From the NCBI GenBank assembly GCA_963793265.1, contig CAWBZI010000002.1:809743-873742 (forward strand): 64,000 nucleotides of DNA, in the 5' to 3' direction. Of this stretch, positions 50,090-63,858 are shown piece after piece (positions within the stretch are counted from its first letter, which is position 1; each line of letters begins with the position of its first letter). The position numbers and the translations under genes were made by a program. The DNA is from an uncultured cyanobacterium (lineage in GTDB: Bacteria > Cyanobacteriota > Cyanobacteriia > Phormidesmidales > Phormidesmidaceae). Under the pieces are notes generated by a model. The model worked only from the letters and a program-made list of their open reading frames with translations. It did no database searches and was not told the DNA's origin.

Positions 50090-50119
50090 AGCGTATCAGT
50101 ACTCTTTTGATTGTGTCAA
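50090..50119 (-). promoter_or_regulatory. Sigma70-type promoter of cassette B
   Basis: Minus-strand TTGACA-N18-TACGCT, sharing TACTGATACGCT with cassette A. Confidence 0.6.
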
Positions 50120-50500
50120 TTAATTCATCGGGAATTAAGTGCGTTTCCTGACAAGGCACTAGGTCTGACTAAGGGTATGAGGTACAAGGCTCGTATAGCT
50201 TTCCATACTTTTGTTTTTATAAAATTCTGATAAATCCTCCGGGTATCCCTAAAACAAACGTTTACTACGACAGTGTTAATCAAATAAGTTATCGAAAGAC
50301 TGTAGCTTTTGATTGTTTGACAAAAGCTGTGAACGAGTCGGTAAAGAGTGATTTTTGCTAAGCAAATATAGCATTGAGACTATACAGAATTTTTACCTGA
50401 CTCCTACGAACTAGGCACACAGCTTTGTTTGTAGCTTTGCTTCTGTTCAAGCATTTTGGAGGAGCCTGATTAATTTTATAAAACGCTCTATGTAATTAAT

Positions 50501-52490
50501 ATGATCAACGTTAGATATGAAAGCTCAGTTCAAACATCTCTGCCTAAGGAAAAATTAGTAGATCGTCCACGATTTAGACCTGATATTGAAGGATTGCGCG
50601 CGATTCTTATCTGTTAGTTATTGCTTATCACGCGGGCATTCCTGGCTTTGAGAGGCGGCTATATCGGCGTCGATATGTTCTTTTGTTCTTATCTGTGATA
50701 TCTCATTACCTGGCGACTGGTGCATGAAATCGAAAAGACTGGCACCATAGACCTCTTCCGATTTTACTCTCTAGACGTGCAAGGCGGCTGCTGCCAGCAC
50801 TGGTACTGATGCTCTTGGTTACGGTTGCCACCAGCGCTGTGATTTACGCACCCTTTGAGCAACGCGAGTTTGCTAAAACAGCATTCGCTACGGCCACCTA
50901 TCTCAGCAATGCTTATCTTCGCTAAAGCCGCCGTCAACTATCTTGGAACCGCTGCTGAAGCTAATCCCCTTTTGCATACCTGGTCTTTGAGCGTAGAAGA
51001 ACAGTTTTATTTTATTTGGCCAGTATTGGTGATGGTTGCAGCCGGTGTATGGCGTCAGCAATCAGCCGCGCAAACTCCTTTGGATGACAGCATATAACAG
51101 CTATCTCTTTTACTTTATCTATATACCTCACCGAGATTCGTCAGCCTTGGGCTTTTTTTCTATCACCTGCTAGAGCTTGGGAATTTTCAATTGGTGCGCT
51201 AGGTATCTTGGTACCCATCGAAACCGTCACTGGTAGCGTAATTATGGGGTGGTTAGGTATGAGTGGCATCCTTACATCCGTAGTGCTCTTTGACGGAACG
51301 ACGAAGTTTCCTGGATTTGCTGCCCTGCTACCGGCTGTATCTACTGTATTGTTACTTCGTGCCTGCGGGGCTCAATCTACAACCTTAGTAGCTCGATTCT
51401 TAAAATTACGTGGGTTTCAAGAGATTGGACGGCTTTCTTATTCTTGGTATCTATGGCACTGGCCTGTCTTGGTATTTGCTGGTGCCATCCATGAGTCGCT
51501 TCCGCTGATAGTTCGGCTCGGGTTAGTGCTGTTTTCACTTGTGCTTGCAGAAGGCTCTTATCGCTGGTTAGAGAATCCTGTTCGTCATAGCAATTTCCTA
51601 TCTCAAAAACCCTCACGCTCAATCGTAATGGGCGTCATGATCACGGTCTTCAGCATTAGCCTCTCATTAGGATGGATACAAATAGCTACAAGCTGGGCTC
51701 AACAACCAGGACAGCTAAGGTATACACAGGTCAGAGACGATATTCCGCTGATATATGACAATGGTTGCCATGCAGATATTTTCTCGACAGCACCTAAGCT
51801 GGCAGGCTGCGAAGTAGGCGTGAGCAATAGAAATGCATCCGTCGTATTATTCGGGGATAGTCATGCTGCTCAGTGGTACACTCCTCTTGCAAAAACGGCA
51901 CTAGCTCAAGGGTGGCAGTTTATCTCAATGACAAAGACATCATGTCCCTACGTTGACACACCTATATTTTCGAAGGCACTGGGTCGGGAATATACGGAAT
52001 GCGGTAGGTGGCGTCAAAATGTATTAGAGGAGATTAGAAAGATGCATCCTGATCTAGTAATTGTAACCTCTTTTGCTAATAAGAAACTCGTAAATGCCGA
52101 CTGGAATAAAGGCTCAGACCGTACTATTAAACTGCTAAGCTCGATAAGCCGAAACGTAGCTATTATTCGAGACACACCTTCTCCAGAATTTGACGTACCG
52201 TCGTGTCTTGCTCGTCGCACTTGGAGAGTCCATACCATACTTAGAAGTTCATGCGAGATTTTAGGGGGAGAAAGAAGCCGCGCAAAGGGCTTATCTTTCT
52301 CAGAAGGTAGCGTCCAAGCAGTATAAAAATGTCTCAGTGGTCGATATGCATCCATACATTTGTAATAATCAATCCTGTGAGCCAGAAAAGGGCGATACCG
52401 TGATCTACAGAGATAGCCATCATATAACTGATAGTTTTGCTTCACAGCTAACTCAAAGTTTATATGACCAGATAAATGTTTTGCTTTAAT
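50501..52490 (+). CDS. OafA-type O-acyltransferase (acyltransferase_3 + SGNH), multiply frameshifted
   Basis: RFRPDIEGLRA, HTWSLSVEEQFY, SYSWYLWHWP and FGDSHA occur across several frames. The end is approximate. Confidence 0.8.
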
Positions 52491-52681
52491 AAGTCGATTC
52501 ATGGATAGGAAACAGTCCCTAGAGGATGGGCTCTGCCAACGCACTTCACTGGTCTTCCAGAGAATTTACGATGACGCTCGTCTTTTGGTATAGGCGGTTT
52601 AAGCTCCTGATGATTGAATGGTTTCGTGTATGTATGTTTGGACAAAACTATTTGAACCACACATATATTTACTGATTATCT

Positions 52682-54462
52682 ATGACATTTCATAAGAGTC
52701 CGACTTATTACAAGGTCGGGTTGCCTGCGGATGACTTGCTGAGTCCTCACTGTCAGCTATTAAAAGAACTCGATCGACAATACGACTCAAGAGTGAAGCT
52801 GCTGCGAGGTTCGTTTGTTCCTAGATATGCTCATCCTGTTGTTAAGGGGGTTTTTCAGCTTTGCGGGGTGCATCCTACGCGACAGTCTTTGAACTATGCT
52901 GTAGCGCTTTTGCAAACTAAGGAGCCGACGTTGGTGGCTCGGGCGAGCGATATTATTAGTAAGGTGCTGTCGCTGCAAGATACTCGGCGCGGTAGTGCGA
53001 GGCGGGGCCACTGGCCGAAGTATTGGGAGGAGGCTATTTCTGGAATCTCTAGGCCATTTAAATTGGGCGGATTTTTTGGGAACGTATTTGCTACAAATTG
53101 CGCTGGAGCATAGAGAGGTGCTTGCCGAAGATTTGATGGCCCGGCTTGATTTGGCGGTGGTGTCGGCGGCGCGGGCGATTCAGCGGCGCGATGTGAGCTG
53201 GGAGTATAGCAATATTGCTTTGCGGGGGGCCTATGTGACGCTGGTGACTGCGGAGATTTATCAGGTGCCTGATTTGCGGGCGTATGCGCTGCGTAAGCTG
53301 GGGGATTTGCACCGGCATACGATGCAACATCGGTGTTTTGAGGAATACAATACACCGACTTATTATGTGTCGATGCTGTTTGTGCTGAGGCGGTTTCAGA
53401 TACATGCAAAGGACGCGCAGGTAAGGGGGTGGGTGGATGAACTGTATCGGTTTGTGTGGGAGGAGATTGCCGGGCATTTTCATGTGGCGACTCGGCAGTG
53501 GGCGGGGCCGCATAGTCGGAGCTATTCGACGCTGCTGGAGCCGGAGATTTTGGCGATGATTGAGCGATCGACGACGGATCAGGTGGATTTTGGGATTAGA
53601 GAGCGGTATGTAGCATTAGAGGAGGCATATTTGGCACTGGCATGTCCTTTAGATTTGGAGAGTGCTTTTGTGGAGGTGCGGAAGCCTTTCACAACGGTGA
53701 AAAAGGTATTTCAGGAGAAGTCGCCTCGGGTGTTGACGACTTATATTGCGCCTGAGTTTACGCTAGGGACGGTGAGCTGTAGCGATATGTGGCATCAGCG
53801 GCAGGTGATGCTGGCCTATTGGGGAACGCCGCAGCGGCCTCATTATTTGAGGTTGAGATTTTTGCTGGATGGGGATGACTATGCGCCAGCGCATTTTGTG
53901 AGCGTTCAGCAGGCAGGAAGTGTGATGGGAGGGATTGCTTTTGCGACAGATGTTGATTGTCGGAACCCTTATGCTGAGCGGCAGCGGAGGAGGGCGGTGG
54001 TGGTCAGAGATTTGCGGTTGAGGTTTGAGCTTGGAGGATGTGTTAAACGTGCTGTGGTAGAGGTTTCATCAGATGAAAAGCTAGCGCGGGTTTATGTTGA
54101 TGGTGTTTGGGTGCAGGTTGATATGGTTTTGGCTCAGTTTGGTAAGTGGAAGGGAAAGTGGAGCTTTAGTACAACAGGATAATGAGGCTTTTTTGGATTG
54201 GGTTTTTGTTTCAGGGCGGCGGCGCAAGATTAACCTGAAAAATATAAAGATGGCTGGTCTAGGGTTTGCGATGCAAGTAGGGGACAGACCTCCGTTAAGG
54301 CTAGAAGTTAATAGTGTGACGGGCAGTACAGGACTAGAGATGAGGTCGTCATCTTTATGGTTGAGATCTAAGACTTGTCCTATGCCGAAGCATGATTTAC
54401 AAAAAGCTTTAGTGGAACAGAACGAAGCTGAGGTTTCTAGCGTTCAAGGCCTTTCTGTGTGA
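52682..54462 (+). CDS. Hypothetical protein, frameshifted into three ORFs; possibly glycan-modifying
   Basis: Three overlapping same-strand ORFs (52682, 52995, 54094) with NWADF, EEYNTPTY and AGPHSRSY. Confidence 0.55.
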
Positions 54463-54763
54463 CAGCGGCTATTTGCGACGTTCGTTTTTATTTGTACATA
54501 AAGTTCTGGCAAAGCCTCCGGAAAGGTACGTAGTAAGGTGGAATCTTTTGCCAGTATTAAGCAAATGTGGCGAGTGGTGAGTTACATCTCATGAATTGCG
54601 TCTTGTTTGGCATCTGCAAATGATAACCGATATAGTTTTAAGACTTTCCAGCTTTGTCTGAGACAATGAGTAATTCGATCGAACAAGCAAATATAAGAAG
54701 TATTTGTATTTAAACTTAGTAGGAGTGCCGACCCATCTATACCATGCTCTATCAGTCGTGCTT

Positions 54764-56590
54764 ATGAAAAAGAACTCTGCACAAAATAAAGACGGTTCTT
54801 TGTGGAAAGATATCTGGCAACTTTTGAGATATGTAAGTCTCCGCCGTCGGAGACAGTTGGGAATGCTTTTGCTTTTGATGATAGTAGCTTCTTTTAGCGA
54901 GATGCTTAGCTTAGGAGCGCTATTTCCTTTTTTAGGAGCGCTAGGTAATCCAGAAGAGTTGTTAACGAGCCCTAGATGGCGGCTTATACTGTCTTTGTTT
55001 GGAGTTGAATCTTCATCTCAGTTAGTAACTTTGTTAGCCATAGGCTTTATTATTTCTGCGATCGCAGCAAACGGCTTACGGTTTTTGACAATGAATGCTC
55101 AAATCCGCCTGTCAGCCGCTATTGGAGGAGATTTGAGCTGCAAAATTTATCAGAAGACATTACAGCAGCCTTATTGTTTCCATGTTGAGCGGAACAGCAG
55201 CGACTTAATGCAAACAGTTACGGGGGATACTGCTCGTCTTACCTCGTCTGTTCTAAAACCAATGCTAGCTTTGATAACGAACGCTTTTTTAGTATTGGCT
55301 ATAGCGGTAGCCTTGCTGCTGATTGATGGGCGCATTGCAATTCTAGCGGCGGTTACGGTAGGAACAATTTACGCTATCACCTATCGAGTCCGAAGGAATC
55401 TGCTGAATCGAAATAGCAAGATTATTGCACTGGCAAGTGAACAAAGAATTAAGGCAGTACAAGAAGGAGTAGGCGGTATTCGCGATGTGTTGATTTCTAA
55501 TACTCAAGCGTTTTTTCAAGAAACTTATGCAGAGGCAGAACGCTCTCTAAAGCAGGCTAGTGCTAAAAATAGCGTGGTTGCACAGTCTCCCAAATATATA
55601 GTAGAAACTGTGGCGATGTCTGCTATTGCATTGCTCGCTTTGACTCTAGGCCGCGATGGGGATTTTAGTCAGGCGGTGCCAGTATTAGGTAGCTTAACTT
55701 TAGGCGCTAAAAGACTATTGCCGACTTTACAAGAGATGTTTTCTGCTATCGCAGGAATGCAGGGGTCGCGAGCGTCTTTGTCGCGAGCTTTAGCAACGCT
55801 TCAGCGGCCTATAGTATCCATTTTTATTATTGCCTACGCCTACAAAGGCTTTGCCACTAGAAAAAAAGCTGCAACTAGAGAATGTTTGGTTTCGCTACAG
55901 CGATGAGACTAGCTGGGTCATTAAAGACTTGAGTTTGAGTATCGGTGCAAAAACTACGGTAGGGTTTGTAGGCAGTACAGGTAGCGGAAAAAGCACGACA
56001 GCAGATCTGATACTGGGTTTGTTACATCCCAGAAAGGCATAATTCGAGTAGATGGAAAGATATTAGAAGGAGAGCGATTGAGACAGTGGCAGAAAGGAAT
56101 TGCTAACGTGCCTCAAAATATCTTCCTGACCGATGCAACTATTACCGAAAATATTGCTTTCGGTGTGTCGAAGCAGCAAATCGATTTCGAGCAAGTAATT
56201 AAGGCAGCTAAGCTAGCTCAGATTGATGATCATATTCGACAGCTCCCTGCTGGATATGACACTTATGTTGGGGAGAGAGGGATTCGATTGAGTGGAGGAC
56301 AGCGACAGCGAATTGCGATCGCTCGGGCACTGTACAGAAGAGCATCCGTAATTGTGTTTGATGAGGCAACTAGCGCTTTAGACAATGCAACCGAAAAAGA
56401 AGTGATGGCAGCAATTAATAGTCTCAGCAATCAGTTTACGGTCATCTTGATTGCACATCGGCTAAGCACTGTAGAGCGGTGCGATATGATTTTTGAGCTT
56501 GACAAAGGGAAATTGTCTGCAAAAGGCAACTACAGAGATTTGATAGAACATAGCTCTAGCTTTCACTCTATGGTGAGCGGTCTTTCGTAG
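54764..56590 (+). CDS. ABC exporter, fused permease/ATPase, frameshifted twice
   Basis: TM domain followed by GSTGSGKST, LSGGQRQRIAIARALY and DEATSALD. Confidence 0.88.
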
Positions 56591-57117
56591 CTACACAAAC
56601 CACAATATTATGAGCTTTTCTTCTCTTCTTATCTACATGATTGCTGCGTTTATGAATTTGTTTCCAAGCTCAATGATAAAGCGATAATCGAGGAGATAGT
56701 ACGAAGGCGTTTCAGAAATTCGTCGAAGAGTCCATCATCTATAAGCAAGCTATGGACATTATAAAAGATACGGAGGAAATCATGACCTGTTCCTTAGAGT
56801 GTTTAGAGGCATGAGTGAGGCAATCTCAAAAGGAGATAATCTATGCAGGTTTTACATCACTATAAAGTAAAAGTGAGAACCAACCGCAAAAGCAGTAAGG
56901 CAAGAAGGAAGCTTAGACTAATTCATTGGAGGTATCTTTAACATCGACAGCTTTTGGTTTCTAAACTTTTACACGAACTTCTCTATTGCTAAAAACGCGT
57001 AAAAAAATCGATTGTGCATTAGTAAAAGACGGGATAGGTCAATAACTCATGTTAGGTCTAAGCCGTTGTCAATTATATCAATTTAGATAGTTACGTTTAT
57101 AGGTTTTGTACCGAGTC

Positions 57118-58403
57118 ATGCTGAAAGTATACTTCCTGATTTTTTCAAGCTCTGTATCCTCAAAGAAATTTTCGCTTTATGATAGTAACCCAGGGGTTGG
57201 AGGTTCACAGTTCACGACTATCAGAACAGCTATATCTATTGCTGAGACTTGTTCGAGTTGGGAAGTGATTTTAGTCAATCAGGTTGATTTTTTAATTAAA
57301 AACGCGCCTAAAAATTTAGTGATAAATCAGTTTGAGAATGCTGAAATTTTCGCGAAGTTTATAGCTATCCAGCCTTCAAGCTTTGCGTACGTGATTGTAG
57401 CTAACGCGTCAATTTTAAATAGAGTAGATAGCAAAACTTTACAAAAGATAGAAAAAAAAGTTATTTGCTGGAGTAGACATCCGTTTGATTTAGTTACTCG
57501 AGAAATAGCAAAGACGGCAAATATTTAAGCGGGATTGTCTGCGTCGGAAATTACCAGTTTCACTCAAATCTCGGAAATACTTCTAATACGTATCATATAC
57601 AAAATATTTTTCTCCTACCTAAAGACCATAGTACAAAGTCAAGTAAGTATCCTAGAAATAGAAAAATAGAAATTGTGTTTTTGGGAGCGTTAGTGCCAGG
57701 AAAGGGGTTTGTAGAGATTGTAAAATCCTGGCGCTCTATCAAAGAAAAAGAAGTTTTCAGCTCGTGCACGTAATTGGCTCATGCTCTACGTACGGAGACG
57801 AACCAGAATCTACTCTGATTCCAACAGCATTAAGCTATGCAGATGAAATTTTGAGCTATATTTCTGAAGAAGATATAAGCAACGGAAGCGTCATTTTTCA
57901 TGGGAACTTAGGTGAGGAAAAATTCGATATCATTCGTCAATGCAACTTTGCTATTCTGAATCCTACGGGAAAGACAGAAGCCTTTCCTGCTTCTCCTCTC
58001 GAATGCATGTCTTTTGGTTTACCAGTCATCGCCTCTGATGACTACGGTATGTCGGATGCAATGAGATTTTTTCCGGAGCTAGTCATAAAAAAGCCGTCAG
58101 AAATCTTAGAACGAATCGAGTGGCTTGTTGCCGATGAGATGAGATACAAAGAGATGCAGCAACGTTCCATAGCTGTTGCCAAATGGTTTGACTCTCAGTT
58201 TGACCAAATTAACACCAGATGGGTTAGGCTTATCGAAGCTGTATTTGATGGAAATTATAAAAATCTTTGCTTATTCCTACAATGCCTTTTTATAAAATAC
58301 CCGAAAGAAGCTGGTGATTCGGCGAGATGTTCGGCCTCTACTTTCTCAAGCTAAGCGTACACTGTTGCATTTTGTTCCTGTCTCTTTAAAGCGAGATTTC
58401 TAA
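57118..58403 (+). CDS. GT4 glycosyltransferase, frameshifted
   Basis: NPGVGGSQF, FLGALVPGKG and EAFPASPLECMSFGLPVIASD. The end is approximate. Confidence 0.75.
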
Positions 58404-58581
58404 AAATCCTCCTGTATGTATACGAGCCTATGTAGCTGCTATCGTACTCAACCGAACACACACAGCCTTACATGAACATACGGTAAAGATAAATCCGTAT
58501 TCGGCATACTCGTCCCGGACTAAACTTGATTCAAAAGAATTATGTTAGAAAGAGCCCTACTTAATCCTTACTATTACTGAC

Positions 58582-59523
58582 ATGCTTCAGTCATTAAGTT
58601 CTCTGTGTTACCAAACTTTCTCGTCATTTAGCTGATGACATTAGAAAATATTACGACGCTAATGGCTACGTTGTAATAGAGAACCTTATTTGAATCGTCG
58701 AGTCAATCGGTTAGTTCAAGTCTTAAATCAGAAGAAAACATCCAAACTTTTTGTTTTCAATAGTCAAGACTTACACATTCCTATGCGCCCGAACGTGACA
58801 CCCTTCGGGTTCATAGAAAACTCAATGCTCTACCCGGCCAACCTCAAACTTTCCCCGTTTTTCTCAAAGCGTAGAAGCCTGTCTACTTCGTGTCCGTATC
58901 CGATATGCTCAGCCTACTATCTGGAGCTTCAAAGCATACTATGATGCAAAACATGCTGTTTGATTGCTCAACCGGCACTATTGAGCACCAGGATCATTAT
59001 TATCTCGATGCAAACCCGCCCGGTAAAATGATCGCCGCCTGGTACGCCTTAGAAGATATCCCATCCAGATTCCGGCTGCTTTTTCGTTTTACCAGGAAGC
59101 CATAAGGTAGAACCTGTCGAAGAGGACAAATATCTGATTTTTCAGACCATGAGGACTATCGGAAAAAAAATCTCAACCTCATCGAGGGAAGTGAGTATAG
59201 AGCATCAACCATTTTCTCTGAAAAAAGGGGATGTGTTTTTCTGGCACCCCTGCACCATTCATGGAGCCTATCAAAACACTGACTCGCGCTACAGTCGCAA
59301 GTCGTTAACGGCACATTTTTATCCTAGTCATCTATCTCCGCTGTACACAAAGAAAGTACCTATAGAAAGACCGGCCCAAAACCCTAACATCTCAGCAAGT
59401 GGCGGTCGCCTCAGTCCTTACGTCAGCAGTGCTGCAACTTACATCAAGTTTCTCAGAAATAAGATAAAAGGGGAGAGCCCTAGCATGGTTATGCGCAGAG
59501 AGAAATACTCCGACAAAGAGTAG
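58582..59523 (+). CDS. PhyH-family 2OG/Fe(II) dioxygenase, frameshifted
   Basis: YYDANGYVVIENL, HQD, AWYALED and KGDVFFWH...HG form the HxD...H triad. The start is approximate. Confidence 0.75.
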
Positions 59524-59565
59524 AATTAATAGAAACAGAATTAGAACAAACCTATATTATTTAAA

Positions 59566-60350
59566 ATGAACAAAAAGCAACTTCTAACTCAAGTTTATTA
59601 TCTGAATATATCGGGGAAGCATCTGTTCTCTAGTATCCCCAAAACTGCATCGATCTGTCTCAAAGCATGTTTTTAATCTTGTTTACAGTAGTAGCGGAAA
59701 TATATGGGATGAATATCCTATAGCGACGAGTACTAATGGGCAAGATATTCTACTCATCCCATATTCCAAAGTGTGCTGGTACATCTATAGCGAATACGTT
59801 TGGGAAAGTCCATCTTTCTCATTATCCAGCCTCGCTGTTCTATTTAGTAGCCTGATCGAATGAAGAACTGCTACTCCTTTGCGGTAATCAGAGATCCGAT
59901 AGATAGAATTGTTTCTTTGTTAGCACACTACACTAAGTCGCAGTTTTCTACTGAAAGAGAACACAAAGTAGCGAAAGAGCTGAACATATGGAAGAAAACC
60001 TCGAAGAATGTGTCTTAAAGTTTATAAGTGATCATATTTTTAGAAGAAAACTATTTGGTTTGACTAAACCTGGACGAGATGGTTTTTCTGTGAATCAGAT
60101 AGAGTATATCGCTTATAGAAAAGCTCGTAGTGAATAATCTGTTTTCTTTTAACCACCTAGATGTTTTGCAGGGTTGGCTGTAGAAAACAGGAAGATCAAT
60201 AATATTTCCTCACTCAAACTCATCTTCTCGAAAATCTAAAATCACCTTTAGCAAAGAGATTAGGCGGGCAGGCGAAGAGTTTTACAAAAAAGAAACTTAC
60301 ATTCATAGAATTCTTGCTGAATCGGAGTTGCTGCAAAAAACTCGAAAGAG
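59566..60350 (+). CDS. Sulfotransferase family 2-like protein, heavily frameshifted
   Basis: IPKTAS (5'-PSB-like) and YSFAVIRDPIDRIVS (3'-PB-like) are read in different frames. The end is approximate. Confidence 0.55.
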
Positions 60351-60392
60351 ATAAAAGAAATCGAAAAAATCGTATCGTTATAATTTTTCTCT

Positions 60393-61335
60393 ATGAAAAA
60401 TCCTTTGGTCAGTATCAAGTCATTAATAACTACAACTACGGCAATTATGTTTCAGAACTCAATCGTAGCGCTTTGAATCAGACATATGAAAATTTTGAGA
60501 TTATTGTTGTCATGATGGTTCTACTGACCACTCTAGAGATGTCGATCTGCAAATACGAGCGGGAAATCATAGCAGTATATAAAGAAAACGGTGGGCAAGC
60601 TTCGGCGTTGAACAAGGAGTTCGGTTAAGTATCAAGGAGGGAGAGATTATATGCTTTTTGGACTCAGATGATGTTTTTTTGAATCATAAAGTATTATCCA
60701 TCGTTAATGCTTACTTGAAAGACTCAACTGTTGATTGGTTTTTCCATCCATTAAAGCTAGACAATGCCGAAAGCCTAAATGCAACGAAACAAGAATTTAA
60801 AAATGATAGGCGAAAGGACTATTCATATATAGACTTTAGGAAGGAAATAAGGGATGGGAAGTTACCAAGCTTTGTACCGGCAACATCAGGACTTTGCTTT
60901 TCTAGAAAAGCGCTAAACCAGATATTTCCACTACCGGAGACAGAAGGCGTCTCAATAAGCAATCTATACGTAAAATACTGGCTATTGCTTTATTCAAAGG
61001 CTGCCTCTTGCATGAATATTTAGCCGTACAAGGATTACACGGTAATAACACTTACACGAAGAACCAAAAACGGGAAGGTGTCCGTTTTTTTATTCTCCAA
61101 AATACACGTGTATACTGCTTTTTATATGAAGGATAAGTTTCCTGCTTTTATGCCCTTGTCGAACGCTCTATTAGCTAAGGGTATGGCAACATATATTTGT
61201 GTTGAAGGAGTAGATAATAGAGCTGACAAATTCATCAAAAAGTATTTTTCAACTACCACCCTATTAGATAATTTTACGATCAGAGCATCGATTATTTTTT
61301 ACCGTTTAAAGCTATTAAAACAGGAACTTGTATAA
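60393..61335 (+). CDS. GT2 glycosyltransferase, frameshifted
   Basis: MKNPLVSI / INNYNYG, KENGGQASALN and LDSDD. Confidence 0.78.
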
Positions 61336-61547
61336 TGATTTCATTAACGACCTGTTCAATTTATGACTTAATCAAAGTTGCTTGGCTCTTACCCGCTGCC
61401 TGATTCTAATGGCAGCAGATAAGCCAAGCAGATCCAAAAGTTTTCAGTTTCGTACCTACTATTCATTCTCCTGATCAGCTTCTTCAGCAGATGAAGTTAT
61501 TACTAGCCTATCGCTAATCTGCCGCCAACGCTATCTGACAGCAACGC

Positions 61548-62480
61548 ATGAAGACCTCTGTCGCTTTTATTATTTTTAACCGTCCCAACGCTACTCAGCG
61601 AGTATTTAATGCTATTCGACAAGCGCGCCCGCCAAAACTATTAGTCATCGCTGACGGGCACCGAGCCCACAAGCCAAACGAACTAGAAAAGTGTGCTGCC
61701 GCTCGGGCCGTCGTGGATACGGTAGACTGGCCGTGCGAAGTACTAACTAACTACTCAGACACTAACCTTGGCTGTAGATACCGAATTGCGAGCGGCCTCA
61801 ATTGGGTTTTTGACACGGTAGAAGAAGCGATCATTCTCGAAGACGACTGCCTTCCTCATCCTAGTTTTTTCCCCTACTGCGAAATGCTGTTAGATCACTA
61901 TCGTGACGATGAGCGCATCGTGAGCATACTGTCGGACAAAACATCCAGTTCGGGCGCAATAAGCCGAAACATAGCTATTACTACTCGAAGTACTTTCAGT
62001 CTTGGGGATGGGCTAGCTGGCGACGCGCATGGCATCGTTTTGATGAAGACATTGCAACGTGGCCAGAGGTCAAAAATAGCAACTTGCTATCTGATGTGCT
62101 TCAGCAAGATTTTAGGGCAGTAAGGCATTGGTCTAGCATTTTTAGCTCTATATAGAAGAAAGTTCGACACCTGTTGGGATCATCAATGGATCTATGCTGG
62201 CTGGCTGCACGAAGGCTTGCAAATTCTGCCTAAAGTTAATTTAATCTCTAATATCGGGTTTGGCGCTGATGCAACTCATACAACAGCCGACAGCACAGAC
62301 AGCTTGTATGCAAATATGGCTGTAGATGCTATGGAGTTTCCGCTAGCGCATCCATCAGCACTCACTCCAAACAAAAAAGCCGACCGATTCGCCCCAAAAT
62401 CGTTTTTCAATCCAAATTTCTCTAATCGGGCCAAAGCCAAGATAATTCGGGAAATTAGAAAGGCATTGGCTTTTGCTTAA
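61548..62480 (+). CDS. GT-A fold glycosyltransferase-like protein, frameshifted
   Basis: Motifs FIIFNRP, ADG, NLGC, IILEDDCLP and NLISNIGFG. Confidence 0.78.
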
Positions 62481-62532
62481 AAAATAGAATCCGCATAGCC
62501 AGAACATACTTCGTAGAGTAGTCGCGACCGAC

Positions 62533-63836
62533 ATGAGTTTTGTTGAGCCAAAAAATAGACCAACAGCTAATTTCAGGGTTCAAGATAGTTTGCAGTCCTC
62601 AACTCAGCTAGTCCTCTTTGATCTTTCTATTTACGGGCATCATCCCGTTTATATTCAGCATTTAATTAATTACTGGCAGCAAAACCAACCGCAGGGAAAG
62701 CTTGCTATTGTCGTCCTCCCTCAGTTCTTAAAAGTCCATGCTGACGTAGTAGATCTGGCATTCGGTATCGATACCATAGAATTTATATCCATCACGGTAG
62801 CTGAAGCGAGTAAACTCAAGCCAAGAAGTTCCGGCCTTAGTCGCAACTATCGCAACTTCCAAGAATGGAGCATGTTCAAACGTTACGCCACAAATCTACA
62901 GGCAAACCACTGCCTCATGCTCTATTTATTGATACTTGCCTAATGCCGCTCATTTGGAACCATTCATTCCCTTGCCAGTTTCAGGTATCTACTTTCGCCC
63001 GGCCTTTCACTTAACGTTCCGACTAACAGGCCAACCTGCACCAGCCCCTAAAAAGCCTAAGCTACAGCAGTGGCGCGAAAAGTTGGCTCCTAAAGAGAGC
63101 CCTGAGTAGTCCAAACCTTCACACGCTATTTTCTCTAGACGCATTCTCCATAAATCCCATCCAACAGCTCAAAGCACCCGGCTCCACAGCTTCCGTTATT
63201 CACTGGCCTGATCCAGTCTCCATAAATAATCACGAGGTTCCACCGATAGCGCTTCGACGAATCTCTGAACATTGACAGCCACCGTCAGGTATTTCTCGTC
63301 TTCGGAGCCCTGACCGACGCAAAGGCATTTTTCAGCTATTAGAAGCCGTTTCTCTCTCACAAAAGAGGCTGGCCATCAGATATGTATTTTGTTTATAGGA
63401 GAGGCTAGCCCCCAAGTTCAAACCAGGCTGAGAGCCCAAATCGAAACCATCACCAAATCCCATCCGATACAAATCATTCATAAATTTGACTATATTCCAG
63501 AATCAGAAGTTTCAAGCTACTTCAAGCTAGCCGGATGCTCTGTTGACACGCTTTATCAACAGCATGTAGGCATGAGCGGCATCCTTATCCAAGCAGCCGC
63601 AGCCCGCAAACCCGTGCTGAGTTCTGACTACGGGCTCATGGGCGAAGTTGTCGGCGAATTCCTTCGGCATCACCGTTGATTCTACCCAGCCAGCCGATAT
63701 AGCCCTCGGATTGAAACAGTTTATAGAAACCCCGTATAACCAGCTTCATCGCTAAGCTATCTACGAGTTTTCTGCGCAAAGCAACTCCTCAAAAAACTTT
63801 GCCCGTACTATTTGGAACTCTCTTTTATCTGCCTAA
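62533..63836 (+). CDS. GT4-like glycosyltransferase, frameshifted
   Basis: FDLSIYGHHPVY N-terminus and YQQHVGMSGILIQAAAARKPVLSSDYG. The end is approximate. Confidence 0.72.
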
Positions 63837-63858
63837 GTCAATTCTTTAGAGCCCCGTT

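Noticed and set aside
50090..50103. LexA box in the cassette promoters (AGTACTGATACGCT)
   Set aside because: Only the AGTAC half-site matches in copy B, and it is absent from copy A.
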